NCBI GenBank assembly: GCA_965203295.1
Contig: CBDBCZ010000018.1
Span: forward strand, 288,001 to 352,000
DNA from: Nitrospirales bacterium
GTDB taxonomy: Bacteria; Nitrospirota; Nitrospiria; Nitrospirales; UBA8639
Length of the DNA: 64,000 nt
Direction: 5' to 3'
This document shows positions 37,892 through 51,793 of this stretch, one piece after another. Positions within the stretch are counted from its first letter, which is position 1, and every line of letters starts with the position of its first letter. Position numbers and translations under genes: made by a program. The notes beneath the pieces are model-generated. The model worked only from the letters and a program-made list of their open reading frames with translations, was not told the DNA's origin and ran no database searches.

Positions 37892-39810
37892 TTACTGAAA
37901 GCAGTTAACACAAAAAAAGTGTTCAGGTATATCTGTAGAAATAATTCCGACACACTCGAAGTGAAACCAATTTTTGCAATGCTCACACTCTATCCACTGC
38001 TCGACAGTATCTGTTTCTTCTTTATACAATTTTCCACAAAGACAACGAAACTCTGTGACTGCAGTTTGTACCCTCTTCTGCCGACATGTGGCAGCAGCTT
38101 TCTCGGCACCTCGTTTTCTATTCTGTTGGACTGTTAGTAAATGTTGAAACCAAATTTCAATTTCACCTGGAGGAAGAAGAGTCACTTTAGCTTCTGCTTC
38201 AAAATCTGTAGCTGAAGGAGTTTTGCCTCTTAAACTGTCAAACCACTCTTAACATCTGAGAGGGTGGTTTCAGCATTGGGCTGGGTACATCACTTGATAA
38301 TGCTGCAGAAGGTTCCAAAAAATGCCCATAACACACTCCATTACATTGACTGCACTGGAGGCTACCCCATGGGCGTGACTGGTCTGGTACTGGAACAGGC
38401 AGGTAAGTTAGTGGGGGGCCACCAGGAAACCATGTTGACGGCACCATACAATCACTTTTCTGGCAGAGGGGATGGCTACAGTCATGGGACTGGCAACATC
38501 TTGAGGTAAAAAATGTACTGGGATGGTAGATCTGGCTGCATGTGTTTCGATCGAATGATCCAAACTTGTTCAATCAACTTGTAAACATCCGGTTCATCTT
38601 GCTTTAGCTTTTCCTGTTCTTTCTTGGTTCCTTTCAAAAATATGAGAACAGCCTTTCGCAGCTCTTGATTCTCGCTTGAGTCGGCCCCTTTGAACAGTTG
38701 CAGTTGTGTATCTCCACAAGGAGCACCATTACAGCGTTCAATGTAAATATCTGTAGCTCGATTGAGGTTTGCCTTTAGCCTTATTGGGTCCACCTTTCCT
38801 GTGTCGGGGTCAAAGCATGAGCCATTTAGATTGGACGGTATAAACAGGTTGGCATGAGTTAAAGCAAGGCAGCCATTTTGTAGTTCCACTCGATTCAAAT
38901 AGCTGCCCCCACTATTCCGAGCAGTGACCAAGGTGACAAATGTGGGCCTATGAAGGTGACGAAGAGTCCACCAAAACTGAACTTCTAGGTGTGAAGGGCC
39001 CTCATCCGTGGCTCCGTCCACCCTCACGCATTCAATTGTTTTGGGAAGCCCTGTGGAAGGGCTGACAAAAGCTGGTTGTAGGGTGGCAACTGACCCCAAC
39101 ATTTTGAGGTCAGCTGAATGTTGGGCTGCATTCTTTGGATATATTCCTGAGCCTTTAACCACACCACAGCACAGCTCACCAGTGGTCTTTGTGGCAGAGA
39201 AATTGTAGGATGATGTTTGAAGAAGGGACGGATAACTGTTCACGAAATCTGTACGAGTTGTGAGTATCTCTTTACCTCTTTACCTCGTACAACAGGTGTT
39301 CTGTGCAGACGATGTGTTGAAAGTGTGTCTAACCGAAATCCGGCGGCATCATCCCTGTTGATATTGATGATTTCGCTTCCATCTGTTTGCTGAAGGTAGT
39401 TAAGACCACGATACAGCGCTGCACTCCAATGTTGATCTGGATTATAGCGAAGTTGGAAGCCTTTCCTCGCCCGATGGGTAGTCACTTTAGCAATTCCTCT
39501 GTATCGCTTAGCTGATAAGCGACGCTTATTGCGTGGTACACAGAGCTGTACAACCGTGCCGTAAGCAAAAGTGCGTTTGTATACAGCTTCAAGGTGCTTC
39601 TTGATGTTGAAATAAGTCACCTTTTCTTTGACGGGACGGTTGCCATCAAAAGTGAGGACCCCCGTCCTCCGCCATGCATCTGCACCTACACTCCTTTGCT
39701 CCAAAAAATTCTCGATGGTTTTTCCAATATCTGGGAACTGAGTGACAATCCTCTTCACTTTCGCACTGTTGAGATCGTTGTTCAGTAGTCGGAGTGCGGT
39801 AGACACGGCA
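37892..39810 (-). pseudogene. Zator-like DDE transposase with C-terminal PHD finger; 5'-truncated and frameshifted
   Basis: ORFs 39240..39806, 38482..39243, 38238..38573 and 37892..38185: INRDDAA, VRVDGATDEGP, ARNSGGSYLNRVE (cf. Zator DGGPDENP / SAxNxVE), and CLC...WIECEHCKNWFHFECVG...FFCVNC (PHD). Confidence 0.68.
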
Positions 39811-40099
39811 ACAGGATTTCAGTGGTAATTCCAACATTTATAAGCGGTAACACTGTGACTGGGGTTTTGATTTTTGACCGTCGACCAGCGGTTTGCAGAC
39901 TTGTGGTGTCCAGCTAAGAGAGCGTACACATGTATATAAAATTTCTGCGCACTGTGGAGGCGGTGTCGAGCTAAAGCTTTGTAACGTCACCAATGTCACC
40001 TGTGTCACTCGGATGATCGTGATCGCGTGGGTGTGCATGACAGGAAATTAGGTGATGACGAATTAAAGAACCCATAATCACTTTACAGTAGTGGTGGTA

Positions 40100-40820
40100 T
40101 GTAAGGCTGTCCAGCCAAGCTAACAGTGATGTTGCAGCTGTGAACTGTTAGCTACATCGTGCTCATTGTTGAACTAATTGTTCACTATACAGACTTGTGT
40201 CCCCTCATGCCATGCACCTGCACCATGCACCTGCACCATGCACCTCATGCAGTTGTGATCACCATGTTCTGCTGACTCATGCCATGCTTGGTATATAAGC
40301 TGCCTGCTTCTATTCATGTTCGGTTCCTCCCTGTTGAATCGTGAATCTTAATTCATCACATTGGTGTCAGGAGTGGGATCCTCGTATCTCCATGGCTCTG
40401 AGCGACACCCGGGTCGTGAGGGTTAGTGCCCGTCCGCCCTCTAAGTTCTCAGCAGCAGTCGACTTTATGCTGTGGATCCAGCGTTTTGAAATCTATCTCG
40501 CTGAAGCAGAGATACCGGTTGAAAAGCGAGCCAGAGAGCTATTATCCCTGCTCAAGGATTGACCTTTCTGCGTTGCTACGCAGTTGGGCCTCGTGAACAG
40601 CGACGATTACGATGGCTTGAAAGACCACACTATGCACTGAAGGAGGATGATCTGGAGTGGTAGTATCGACTGCAGAATCGACGCCAAAAGCCCGATGAAC
40701 CACTATCTGAATTTGTCGGGGAGCTGCACATGATGACCGACAAGGCGTACCCCAACTGGGCACTGAAACAGTGACTGAAAATCACCCAAAACCGGTTTAT
40801 CCAGGGAATGGAGTCTGCCT
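40100..40820 (+). mobile_element. Ty3/Gypsy 5' LTR, tRNA-Leu primer-binding site and degenerate gag
   Basis: LTR ends ...catcaCA at 40360 (start approximate); PBS TGGTGTCAGGAGTGGGAT at 40362-40379; gag-like PSKFSAAVDFMLWIQRFEIY...LLSLL followed by stops. Confidence 0.8.
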
Positions 40821-41689
40821 CAATTTAGCCAGTATTACTGCGAGAAAAACAAAAACAAAAACTTGCAAACTTTGCTTTCCTTTGGCTTTGTATGGCAGTC
40901 TCAGAATAGTCTTGGGAACCAGACCCTCAGAAACACAACACGGGACCTCTCTCGTTCTTGCCCACCGACGTCATCATTTTCGACAAAGCCTCTATAATAC
41001 AAACCTTGCTTTCCTCTATATGGTAGTGTCAGAAAAGTATCAGGAACCAATCGCAGTTAATCGGACCTTCACAGAAGCACAGTGCGGGACCTCTCTCGTT
41101 CTTGCCAACCGACTCTGTCGTTTTTGAAGCGGCTCTCTTCACGTGTTTGTGTGCAATTTTAGGGGCATGCCGTTAAAATAGGTGCTGTAATGCATTTGTG
41201 GTATATAGGATCATGCATCCGTATGCACGCACTGACAAAATCGCCATTCGCAGCACTAAGGGGGGCTCGTTCACGCTTGCCCCAATTATAGTGATAACTT
41301 GATGAAAAGTTTCAGTAAAATGTGGATGCATGTAGTTATGTGTGCTTACTGCAGTGTTTATTTCATTCCTCACTTTACTAAGTGATGTATGTTAAATACA
41401 TGTAGGAAGTGTGTTATGTCCACGAGCAGTTGCAGCTTTGCTTCACTTGCATGAATAAAAAGGTTGCGTGCTTGGGACTACTTTTTGGGTTATGTTTCGT
41501 TGTGTTCCTATACCTACATACAGGTCCTGCACTTATTGAAAGTTGTTACAATGCTCCAGGCGTAGACGTGCATTGTGTGATGTAAATTATTGTAAGTAGA
41601 TTTCCTGGAATGCCTGCATGCAAGCACTGGAGTGTGGAGATAGTCTCTAAGAGTAAGGGTTTGTTTTGTAGCAAGTTGGACTGCTTGTG

Positions 41690-41805
<116 letters not shown>

Positions 41806-42540
41806 TGAGAGCAAAATAATGTTGTGGAAGTTGTAGCATTTGTTTACTTAGCAATCCACTCAGCAGGAGACTTATACCAATTGACTGATTTGTTGATGTT
41901 CACTATGAATATTTTAATGTGTATGTGTCTAAGTGTAGCAATCTGGGTTGTTGTCAGTATGTAGGTGTGGCTATACCATCCCAGTTACAGTGCCTTGTTG
42001 CAAGCATAGATAGAAGGAAAGACCAGGGCCAGCAATAGAAACAAAGCCTTTTACTCTACTATCTATGTTGCAAGGAACACCCTGTTCACTGTGTGAGTTA
42101 CACAGTGCTAGCATTATTGCCATTTCAGTTGCACAAACTATCATAGGTCCTGGCCAATATCTTGATTAACTTGCGTTGTTTATCTGATTCAAGAAACAGT
42201 TGTTTGCCTACATTTTCCTGGAGAATTTTGATTGTTTGTAGGCCTGTTGCAGAAACGGGTCATGAAAAAGTAGAAGTGTGAATTTGCTACATTCATAGTT
42301 GTCAACAGTCATATCTACCATTGTACTACGTTTCTATTGCTGGCCTTGGACATGTGATGGGAAGTGTGTATAATTTTGTGCCCACAGTCATGATTTGCGT
42401 ACATCCTGATCATTTATTGTAGCAGTAGCAGTTGAGTGTAGATTTAATTCTTGCAATTGGCTAGCTAAGACACAAAAATCATCATCCCAGGTGGTTTTGG
42501 TTCAGAGTCAATATGCATGTAGCATGCAGACAGCGTGCTT

Positions 42541-43895
42541 TCAACTGAGGGAAAGGTCTCATTCACATGTAAATGTAGATGTATGGTAGTGGGGTTCCAC
42601 TACATACAATGCTCAGTAGTGAATGGGGCGCTGTTATGTACTAGCTCTTGATCCACCAGTTATGGTCAATTTTGTAATCTTTCCTGAGGCAGTTCTGGAG
42701 AAGCCTTCCATATGCTAAGTGTCTGATTCCCACCTTTAATGTACATTACCATGGCAACCACTTTTCCCCACGCTTATAGCACTCAAAAGGAGGCCACATA
42801 CAGGGATCATTGCTATGCCAATGTACATTAAATCAGTTAAAGGTCAGTTTGGGTGAGGGTTTAAACTCCTCTCTTTGCCTTTAAATTCCCTCACCCAAAC
42901 TGACCTTTAACATAGGGAAGTCTTGAATTTACAGCTTGAGGGCATTTCCTAGAATTGAGGGCACCTGCATGTGTTTGTCTGTGTGTGTGTGAATGGGTTA
43001 TATGTGTAAGTATATGTGTAAGTATGTGTGTGTGTATGTAAGGTTTATGTGGAGCTCTTTGTCTGGCACAGGTATTGGTGCTCTACAGTGAAGACATCCT
43101 ATCACAGATTATTTGTGATTTTGAGGCATATGAGGAATGGTCCTTAATTCTCACTGGTTGTGAAGTTTTGAACTTTACTTCGAAATGTTTCATTTCATGC
43201 TTTAATGTTTTGTATGTGTACAGTGTGGAAGGCAGAAAGTCTGTTTCTGGTTTTGAATTGCACTTTTCCACTGCTAGGTGCAAAAAAGGGGTACTTTTCT
43301 TTAAAATCCAGACTTAATTGACACCACCCTGAAATGCAATAATGTTCCTAACTCTTTTTGTTGAAATTGGAGTGCATGCATATATTTCACTATGTGGAGT
43401 AATCAAACATTTTCATTGAAGTGATGGTTGTTCCAGACATTGGGATATAGTGGTGAGGGTGGGGAGTGTGGGCCGGGAAGGCTATTTCTCAAGCCTCCAC
43501 CACACTCGACCCACCCCCAAAACTACAAAAGAAAGAGAAAAGAATACGAGCAAATATGAGCAATTGGCCATGGGTGAGCCAGGTGCTGATATATAAGGTG
43601 CATGGGATGTAGTGGTGGGGGTGGGGAGTGTGGGCCGGGAAGGCTATTTCTTGAGCCTCCACCACACTCGACCCACCCCCAAAACTACAAAAAAAAGAGA
43701 AAAGAATATGAGCAATTGGCCATGGGTGATCCAGGTGCTGATACATATGGTGGAATAATAGTGGTGGGGAGTGTGGGCCGGGAAGGCTATTTCTTGAGCA
43801 CACTCGACCACCCCCCAAACTACAAAAAAAAAAGAATTGTCCAATCAAAAGGTCCGTGGAGTGCTGAGGTGCATAAAAAGAGCGGTTGTTTTTAC
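42541..43895. repeat. Copy of block V
   Basis: Colinear with 18212-19390, with one extra tandem unit. Confidence 0.9.
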
Positions 43896-44146
43896 TCTGC
43901 AAGAAGGCGTTAAATTCCTTGAGCGACTGATCTGACTCTCGGAATCTGGGAAAGTCCCTTGTGTCAATCACGAGAGGCTGAGGTTCCTTGAGGGAAGGAT
44001 GTGGTTTCTCCAAGGAAGGCTTAAGTTGACTGTACATCAAGCGACACAATTGAAATCACTGATGAAGATTAGAAGTACTTTTCATATTCATTTTCACATA
44101 CATTTGTGTAGTTGTTTATTAATATTATTGTCTTGATACCGAGTTA

Positions 44147-44537
44147 CTACAATGATACAGAAGTACTTTGAACTAAAATTACGTCAGGTTTTTTTTTCCA
44201 CAACCTCTTCAGCTTCTGGATTTCTTTGGGTGTGGCCTTGAACAGCAACGAGAAAGGAACTTCCAGCCCGCCTTGAGGCAGATCTGCGGAGTATCTTCTC
44301 CCTCCAGTCACTGTGCAGTCAATCGTACCCCCTCGTCGGAAAGAGAGAACACACTCTAGATAACTTTCGCGGTAAATGGCCAATAATAGTTCCCATTCTT
44401 TTTACGGCTACAGCATATCGATCTCGACTGTTGTAGAGCTCTCTCTCACATATCAACACTTCTCCAGTAGCTGCTTCCCATATTTCTTTATATACTAGGT
44501 AGCCATTAATGCAGCAAACTCTTTCTAACTCTTCCAT
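44147..44537 (-). pseudogene. HIRAN-domain small protein with one frameshift; probably TE-associated
   Basis: CINGYLVYKEIWEAATGEVLICERELYNSRDRYAVAV...IIGHLPRKLSRVCSLF / RRGGTIDCTVTGGRRYSADLPQGGLEVP. Confidence 0.75.
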
Positions 44538-44754
44538 GCTGACTGAGTGTCTCTCAAGCGCTCGTTGACGTTAAATTTTGCTTGATCGAAAATAATGTGC
44601 GAAATTACTAAGCGTGAGAATTTTCGTAGCTTGGTCTAAATCTACGATAAATTTTTAACGCGAAAATTTATCTTATGAAACCATAAGGGTAGGAAACCTG
44701 TTTTTTAACAGCATGGGAATGGAATAAAGTAGCATGCAGGATTCTTTGAAAAAT

Positions 44755-45345
44755 CAGTTGGCCACTTCGATCCAACAACAGCTTTTTGTAAAATGAATAT
44801 AGTAAATTTCTGAATTCAGTTGGCCACTTTGGTCCAACAACAGCTTTTGTAAAATGAACTCAGTGAAAATTCAGAATTCAATTGGCCACTTTGGCCCAAC
44901 AAGAGAGGGGGATTTTGTACAACCCTCACTCTGATAAGCAGAGATCGAGTTGGCTGCTTAGGACCTAGCTACTGAAAACCTAGCTCACAGTGAAATAAGG
45001 CATTCAGTTGGTTTTTGGAATAAAGTTAGCTTTTTGGGCGAATTTACGATCAAAAACCGATTGGCCACTTTGATCCACTGATCCAGTCCTCTTGGATAGC
45101 TAAAAAAAGCCGGTGAGTAGCAGCTTTGGAGCAGTGTGAGGAAAACCTCTTGGTAAGGTGGTGGCTTTTAAAAAAAACGGTGAGTAGCAGCTTTGGAGCA
45201 GTGTGAGGAAAACCACTTGGTAAGGTGGTGGCTTTTAGAAAAGCCGGTCAGTGAAGTGTTGGCTTTTAAAAAGCTGGTTAATAGCAGCTTTGGAGCAGTG
45301 TTAGGAAAACCTCTTGATAAGGTGGTGGCTTTTAGAAAAGTCGGT
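44755..45345. repeat. Short repeat cluster (ttggccactt motifs; ~65-bp agcagctttggagcagtg units), likely subterminal region of CACTA family 3
   Basis: Repeated motifs immediately downstream of the stop at 45456. Confidence 0.6.
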
Positions 45346-45455
45346 GCAAAGTAGAAAACAGTACAAGGAGGAAATAAAAGAAGCAGTGTCTAAATTAAGG
45401 CATGATAAGTAATGTTGCTGTCTTAGTAACAATAGGTGCAAAAGGTGTAGCTAAA

Positions 45456-48400
45456 TTAAATGTCAAACTCCACAACATGGCACAAGCAAATTGAAGTGTA
45501 CATAACTGAATTGACGTAATAATTATGATACACTTTATGCATTTTTAGTGAGCCTACATCTACCATAACGTAGCTATTGGTATTGGTGATCGAATAAGCA
45601 AAGAGATGATGCGAAAAAGGCGATGTTTCGTGCACTTGAACTAAAAATTTCTTTCTCTCACCTTGTACAAAGATGTGATCAATACCCCCGAATACTGGAA
45701 GCTCTTCGTCAGACATTTCCAGGCAAACTAGGGCACCTTGTCAAAACTCCACCCCGAGCACAGTGACAGCTGACACGCTTAAATAGAAGAAAATAAATTG
45801 CTGCTGTGAGACTCCTCAAAAGTGCACACATGCATGTATACTTTCACAGAGTCGTGTGTAATGTTTATCTCACCTCTGCACAGATGAGCACCCAGGGAAT
45901 TCCTCTGCTGCAACTTTTCTGGCACCAGATGGGAGCCCAGGAAGCTCTACTGCATTTTCTATGGTGATAAAAGCATTGCATGCATACATAAATGAACCAG
46001 CTACACTAATTAGAAAGAAGCCGCAAGTTTATTTTTTGGTTGTCTGTTCTGCTAGTAAAGTGATACCTGTTAAAAATATCAAATTTGTATTCCGTTACTG
46101 AGTTGAAATTTTTCGCACACTGACAAGAAAATATTAATTAAACTCTACTTGTTGTACAGTATGTATTACTCTGATAGTGTATTTAATGCTGCAATAAAGT
46201 AGATCGTACCTCTCCCTACTTCGTCGCTCTTGTAAAGAAAGTTTAATGGTTCGACCCCTGGTGCAGACAGCATCTGAAGGCACATGTAGTGCTGGTGCTT
46301 GGTGGCAATGGTGTAGGGCAGGTTCTTGAAGTTCTTGCCCACCATGCTCTTAATGTGAGCATTTTTTTTGCCTCAAATCGCATGCACCATTGGTTTCGGA
46401 GGGGTCCAAACCTACACATGCATGCAAAAAAACAAATTTAAAACTAGACTTCTGCATGATTGACATTAAATGAGTTTAACATTCGATAGATGCCATAATA
46501 AAGAAGGTTCATAGTCTGTCTAAGTCTCTTTTCATCCCTAAGCTGCATATTTACACTGCAATACATGTACATCACATTACTATACGATCACACAAACAGT
46601 TAACATAGTTATGTACGATGTATGCAGCTTCATCTGCTGTGGAAGGTGTATCAGGTAGTGCAGTTTAGGCACCATGCTTCCAGGATACAGCTGGTTGTAC
46701 TGCCTGAGGTATTCCTGCACAAGCAGTGTCATTGTGCTGGCTGTGACCTCAGTCATTTCCACTGCTGTGGCATGAGTGACCACCCGCAATGGTTGGATGT
46801 AGCACTTCCAGTGTTTGTCACTCTCAGGAACGTGTTTCCCAACCATCAGTGGCAGTAGTCGCCCCAGCAACCACATCTGTGAAGCTAATGATACAAAGCA
46901 ATAGCAAATTCAAGTTGATTTTTGCTACGAAATAAATGAAAGTATTTCACTGTGTTACTGAGTGGACGAGTTCACACAAAAATTTATATATTACTTATAA
47001 TTATTATTATAATCATATACAGAAATACTAAGACAAACACTGATCGAAAAGAGCTACTCACCTGATTGCCCCAATTTTGTTGAGTTATCACTTACAAGAC
47101 GATCAGCTGATTCACCCCGTAGGTTGTGGAGAAGCTGTCTGACAATCCTGGAGCTGAGTCCAATAGGAGGCACTGTCGTCTGTGCCTGTCAAGGCTCCTT
47201 AGTTGGTCTTTGGAGCCATAGAACTGTAGTGAAGAAGTTCTGTATACCATTATGTATGTAGCTATTTGGCCCAAATTGCAAAAATTAACCTGTATGTAGG
47301 GGTCTGTGGGTATGTTCTTAAGTAGCCCCACCCCTGTTGTGGCTTGCGTATGTGTTCTTGAGTTTGTCCCTCGTCACTAACTATTGACATGATGACTACC
47401 AGTGACAACATACCTTCGTATGAAGATGCTGAGGTAGAATCATGCATGTTTGGCATTTCCTGGATGTCGAAGCACTTTCCTTGTACCCCCCCCAGCACAG
47501 CTTGCAGTGGCAGAATCTTCAAGAAATGCAAGCTAGCACCCATGAAAGTGATGCTCTTGCCTTCCAGTGCATACATGAATGCCTTCCTGTTGGAACCAAA
47601 AATTTAGGTGCTTAAATGTCATAACACAGATAGGAGAAATGTATGCAAAGGACAGAACCACACACATGTCCAATGATTTATCTACAACTTGGAGCAATGC
47701 AACTTACATCAGCAAGCACTTTCAAGTCTTGGATGAGCAACTCCAGCACAGCATCAAATCCATACAGCTTCACATGGCTGCTGTTTGTAACAGCCAGGAG
47801 CTGAATAAAATGCAGTGATGAGCGGTGGCAGGGATGGATGTTGAAGAGTGCCCAGTAGAAAATACCTAGTATGTGTTACAACAGATGGAAAAGTGAAAAA
47901 TTTATGATTTTGGACAAAAGCTAGGGAATAACCCTCTTGCATACACAGTGTACATATATGTATCAGTGTGAAGGCAGTACAAAGAAGCACGTACCGTATA
48001 GCAGGTACTATTCAAGGGGGACAAATTTTCACAATATTAGTGGTCGCGTGGCATCCACAACAATTTAATCCACGAAAAATACCTGCTGTACAGTACGTAG
48101 TTATAGTTGTGTAGTTAACACCACAAGCAATCGATGTGTGCACATGCAGGCATATTCACAGAAAGCTATAGACAAAACAGTTTAGAAAGGTATAGTGATA
48201 CTCTTATATTTCAGACAGAAGTAGCACATGGAAGCTGCCGGCTGCCTATAGCACAGGAAGTTAACAAAGCCAAGCTGCCGGCTGCCTTTAGCACAGGAAG
48301 TTAACAAAGCCAATACTTCTTGAACTAGACTAGCTCAGTGTAGTTCCTCAGACCCAGATATCAATAAGTATTCACTGACATAATGCACACAGACATACAT

Positions 48401-48620
48401 ACCAAGATTGTGCTTGCTTTTCCTTGATTCTAGTGGATTCCCAACTCCCAGTTCGTCATAGAAAATTGCCAACGTCAGTGTGGGAGAATCCTTCAGGAAC
48501 ATGGGGTGAGACTTGAGGAATTCTCTGACGCAGAAGTCCCCGAGCACTTCTCCAGTACTTTGGTGCCCAGTCTAAACTTCATCCAGCACATCCGGTTTTC
48601 ATTAGAAGTTGCTGTAAATA
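45456..48620 (-). pseudogene. Degenerate multi-exon CACTA/EnSpm-like transposase, family 3 (paralog of 32165-36465)
   Basis: IFYDELGVGNPL, TYGVN, QMWLLGRLLPLMVG, PKLHYLIH, FGPLRNQWCMRFEAK; frameshifts and deletions. Confidence 0.85.
47994..48093. mobile_element. 100-bp Tc1/pogo-like MITE, TA flanks
   Basis: TA-CCGTATAGCAGGTA ... TACCTGCTGTACAG-TA (12/14 match). Confidence 0.65.
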
Positions 48621-48661
48621 GATGATTACTGTAGAAGTAAGCTTCGTGCAAGTCAGCTGAT

Positions 48662-50510
48662 GTTTGTAATTTTGAGGCATATGAGGAATGGTCCTTAATT
48701 CTCACTGGTTGTGAATTTTTGAACTTTACTTCGAAATGTTTCATTTCATGCTTTCATGTTTTGTATGTGTACAGTGTGGAAGGCAGAAAGTCTGTTTCTG
48801 GTTTTGAATTGCACTTTTCCACTGCTAGGTGCAAAAAGGGGGACTTTTCTTTAAAATCCAGACTTAATTGACACCACCCTGAAGTGCAATAATGTTCCTA
48901 ACTCTTTTTGTTGAAATTGGAGTGCATGCATATATTTCACTATGTGGAGTAATCAAATATTTTCATTGAAGTGATGGTTGTTCCAGACATTGGGATATAG
49001 TGGCTGGGGTGGGGAGTGTGCGCTGGGAAGGCTATTTCTCGAGCCTCCACCACACTCGACCCACCCCCAAAACTACAAAAAAAGAGAAAAGAATATGAGC
49101 AAATATGAGCAATTGGCCATGGGTGATCCAGGTGCTGATATATAAGGTGCATGGGATATAGTGGTGGGGGTGGGGAGTGTGGGCCGGGAAGGCTATTTCT
49201 GGAGTCTGCACCACACTCGACCCACCCCCAAAACAAGAAAAAAAAGAGAAAATATGAGCAAATATGAGTAATTGGCCATGGGTGATCCAGGTGCTGATAC
49301 AAAAGGTGGGATAATAGTGGTGGGGGTGGGGGGTGGTTAGTGTGGGCCGGGAAGGCTATTTCTCGAGCCTCCACCACACTCGACCCACCCCCAAAACTAC
49401 AAAAAAAAAACAAAAAAAACAAAAGGATTGTCCAATCAAAAGGTTCGTGGAGTGCCGAGGTGCATAAAAGGAGCGGTTGTTTTTACTGTTGTGGTATACA
49501 TACCGGTTTAGTCATGACTTGCAGGACGGCATGTTCCACAAATATTTGTGGCACCTGTAACGAGAAGGAATAATATATTATAGTGAATGTCTTCTTGCAC
49601 AAAATGACTAACACTAGGAACAAAAAAAGTGAATTCTATATATGAATTCGAATCTGGGAGAAGCCCAGTCCAGTATGTTCAGTAGGCATATTGTATGTGA
49701 AGTATGGTGCCATGCCACTTAAAAACTCCGTTGAACATCTGCTCATGCATGCAGATCAAGAAAAATTGTACATATATATATATATGTAGTGAAGCGACAT
49801 TTTCATAAGATTAAAGTTTGTCGAGTTGGCAGCTTCTATATATAGCCTACACCAGAGACATGCAAAGAAATAGCTGAGTACTTTGTGGCATTACTACACT
49901 CTACTTACCAGGTCGCGATCGTCTGGCTGTTGTCCACTTCCCCACCTGCCAAACCTGCGCCTCGGCCTTGGCCCTGCCAGCCAGCAGCCTTGGCCGGCGG
50001 CGCCTATGCCTGAGTCTGCAGGGAAAAGTAGAGTAGTGTAAGTCACCGAATGTCGACCACGTTGTGAACTTTCTGTCAAGGGTTCTATCTCAGCACTCAA
50101 CATTTCAAACCAAGTATCGATCACAACATCTTGGATGGGATCAAAGCCATACAAGTCGTACAGCCGATAGAACACGGATTCTCCATTAACCCCACACTCT
50201 AGAGAGATAACGCTCTGCTGCTTTCTTGTTGGAGCATTATCCACTACTCTCCCATCAGCTCTGTTATTTTTGGCTGTCTTGGGTTCAGCTGGGTGGTAAA
50301 ATCGTCTGTGAAAATCACCATAATAATAATGTATCCGGCTTGCTATGTAAGTTCCTTCAACTCCACAACGCCTGCAGCCATACTTACCTCCAGCCTTTGT
50401 CAACCCGAGTTCTGCATGTGCCTTCGAGTCAGCAGCTGCTAACAGCACCAAAGCTCGTAGAGTTGGGAAGTCATCCGGAGGAGAAAAATCCAGGACTTCT
50501 CTTAAAAAAC
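48662..50510. repeat. Third mosaic copy: block V plus a CACTA family 1 fragment
   Basis: Matches ~18742-20060, then joins directly to a copy of ~21311-21700 (ORF 49894..50514). Confidence 0.88.
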
Positions 50511-50747
50511 ACATCCTTGGGAGTAGGCGAAAATTACACTTGCATGAAGTTTAGGGTAGGGTATTTTCAATTTTCTTTACAGGTGATCCGATTTTTGGAG
50601 AAGTGTAGCACAGACAGAAATTGCCAGAGGGTCAAATTGTAGGCAAAAGCAGATGGCCTGGGGGGGGGCTGTTTACATCGATGTGTGTTTCATACTAGGG
50701 GATCTGGGGGCATGCCCTGCAGCCAAGTCGCCTTACCTTACACTCTT

Positions 50748-51331
50748 GACACTCGGAAGAGGCAGCGAGAGGCGGCAGTCTGAACACTCGGGAAGAGGCA
50801 GCGAGAGGCGGCAGCACACTTGAACACTCGGGAAGAGGCAGCGAGAGGAGGCAGCACACTTGAACACTCGGGAAGAGGCAGCGAGAGGCGGCAGTCTGAA
50901 CACTCGGGAAGAGGCAGCGAGAGGCGGCAGTCTGAACACTCGGGAAGAGGCAGCGAGAGGCGGCAGTCTGAACACTCGGGAAGAGGCAGCGAGAGGCGGC
51001 AGCACACTTGAACACTCGGGTGCGAGAGGCGGCAGCACACTTGAACACTCGGGAAGAGGCAGCGAGAGGCAGCAGCACACTTGAACACTCGGGAAGAGGC
51101 AGTGAGAGGCAGCAGCACACTTGAACACTCGGGAAGAGGCAGCGTGAGGCGGCAGCACACTTGAACACTCGGGTGTGAGAGGCGGCAGCACACTTGAACA
51201 CTCGGGTGTGAGAGGCGGCAGCACACTTGAACACTCGGGTGTGAGAGGCGGCAGCACACTTGAACACTCGGGAAGAGGCAGTGAGAGGCGGCAGCACACT
51301 TGAACACTCGGGTGCGAGAGGCGGCAGTCTG
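50748..51331. repeat. 33-40 bp modular minisatellite
   Basis: gaacactcgg(gaagaggca|gt)gcgagaggcggcag(cacactt|tct), ~15 units. Confidence 0.95.
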
Positions 51332-51361
51332 ACCTTGTGCTCAACTATATATGCCTCGTCC

Positions 51362-51793
51362 TAGTATCGTGCCCAGACACCCACGCCCTCCCGGAAAGAC
51401 GCCTGGTAGCTCAATTGAATTTTGTCACAGAGGCGTGTCGTGTGAGCGTTTAATAATGATTGAAAGGCGTTTAATTACATGCCAAAAATGCCATATAAGC
51501 ATCAACAGGCAATAAGAGCGTGTCTAGCTACTGTGGTAAGTGTTTTGTTTTACTTGCCGCTCTGGTTTCTGATGGTGTGGTACAGACTGCTGTAAAACCA
51601 AGTTGGAGAGGACCGGAAAGTTGCTAGCAGTCGTGCAGTGATATACATATGCTCAGTGACATTATACATGTTTAATAACGTTTTCCACCATTTGATTCGT
51701 TCAGATCACTAAGGTATTAGAAACAAGATATTCAAATCAAACTGCAAGACCGTTAAAGCGAGAGGGAGGAGCAACGGTCTGGGCATGAGACTA
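51362..51793. mobile_element. 432-bp TIR element with TAG...CTA ends and 9-bp TSD
   Basis: TAGTATCGTGCCCAGAC ... GTCTGGGCATGAGACTA flanked by GCCTCGTCC at 51353-51361 and 51794-51802. Confidence 0.82.

Noticed and set aside
50695..51344. Cys-rich ~200-aa ORFs
   Set aside because: Translations of a minisatellite in all frames.
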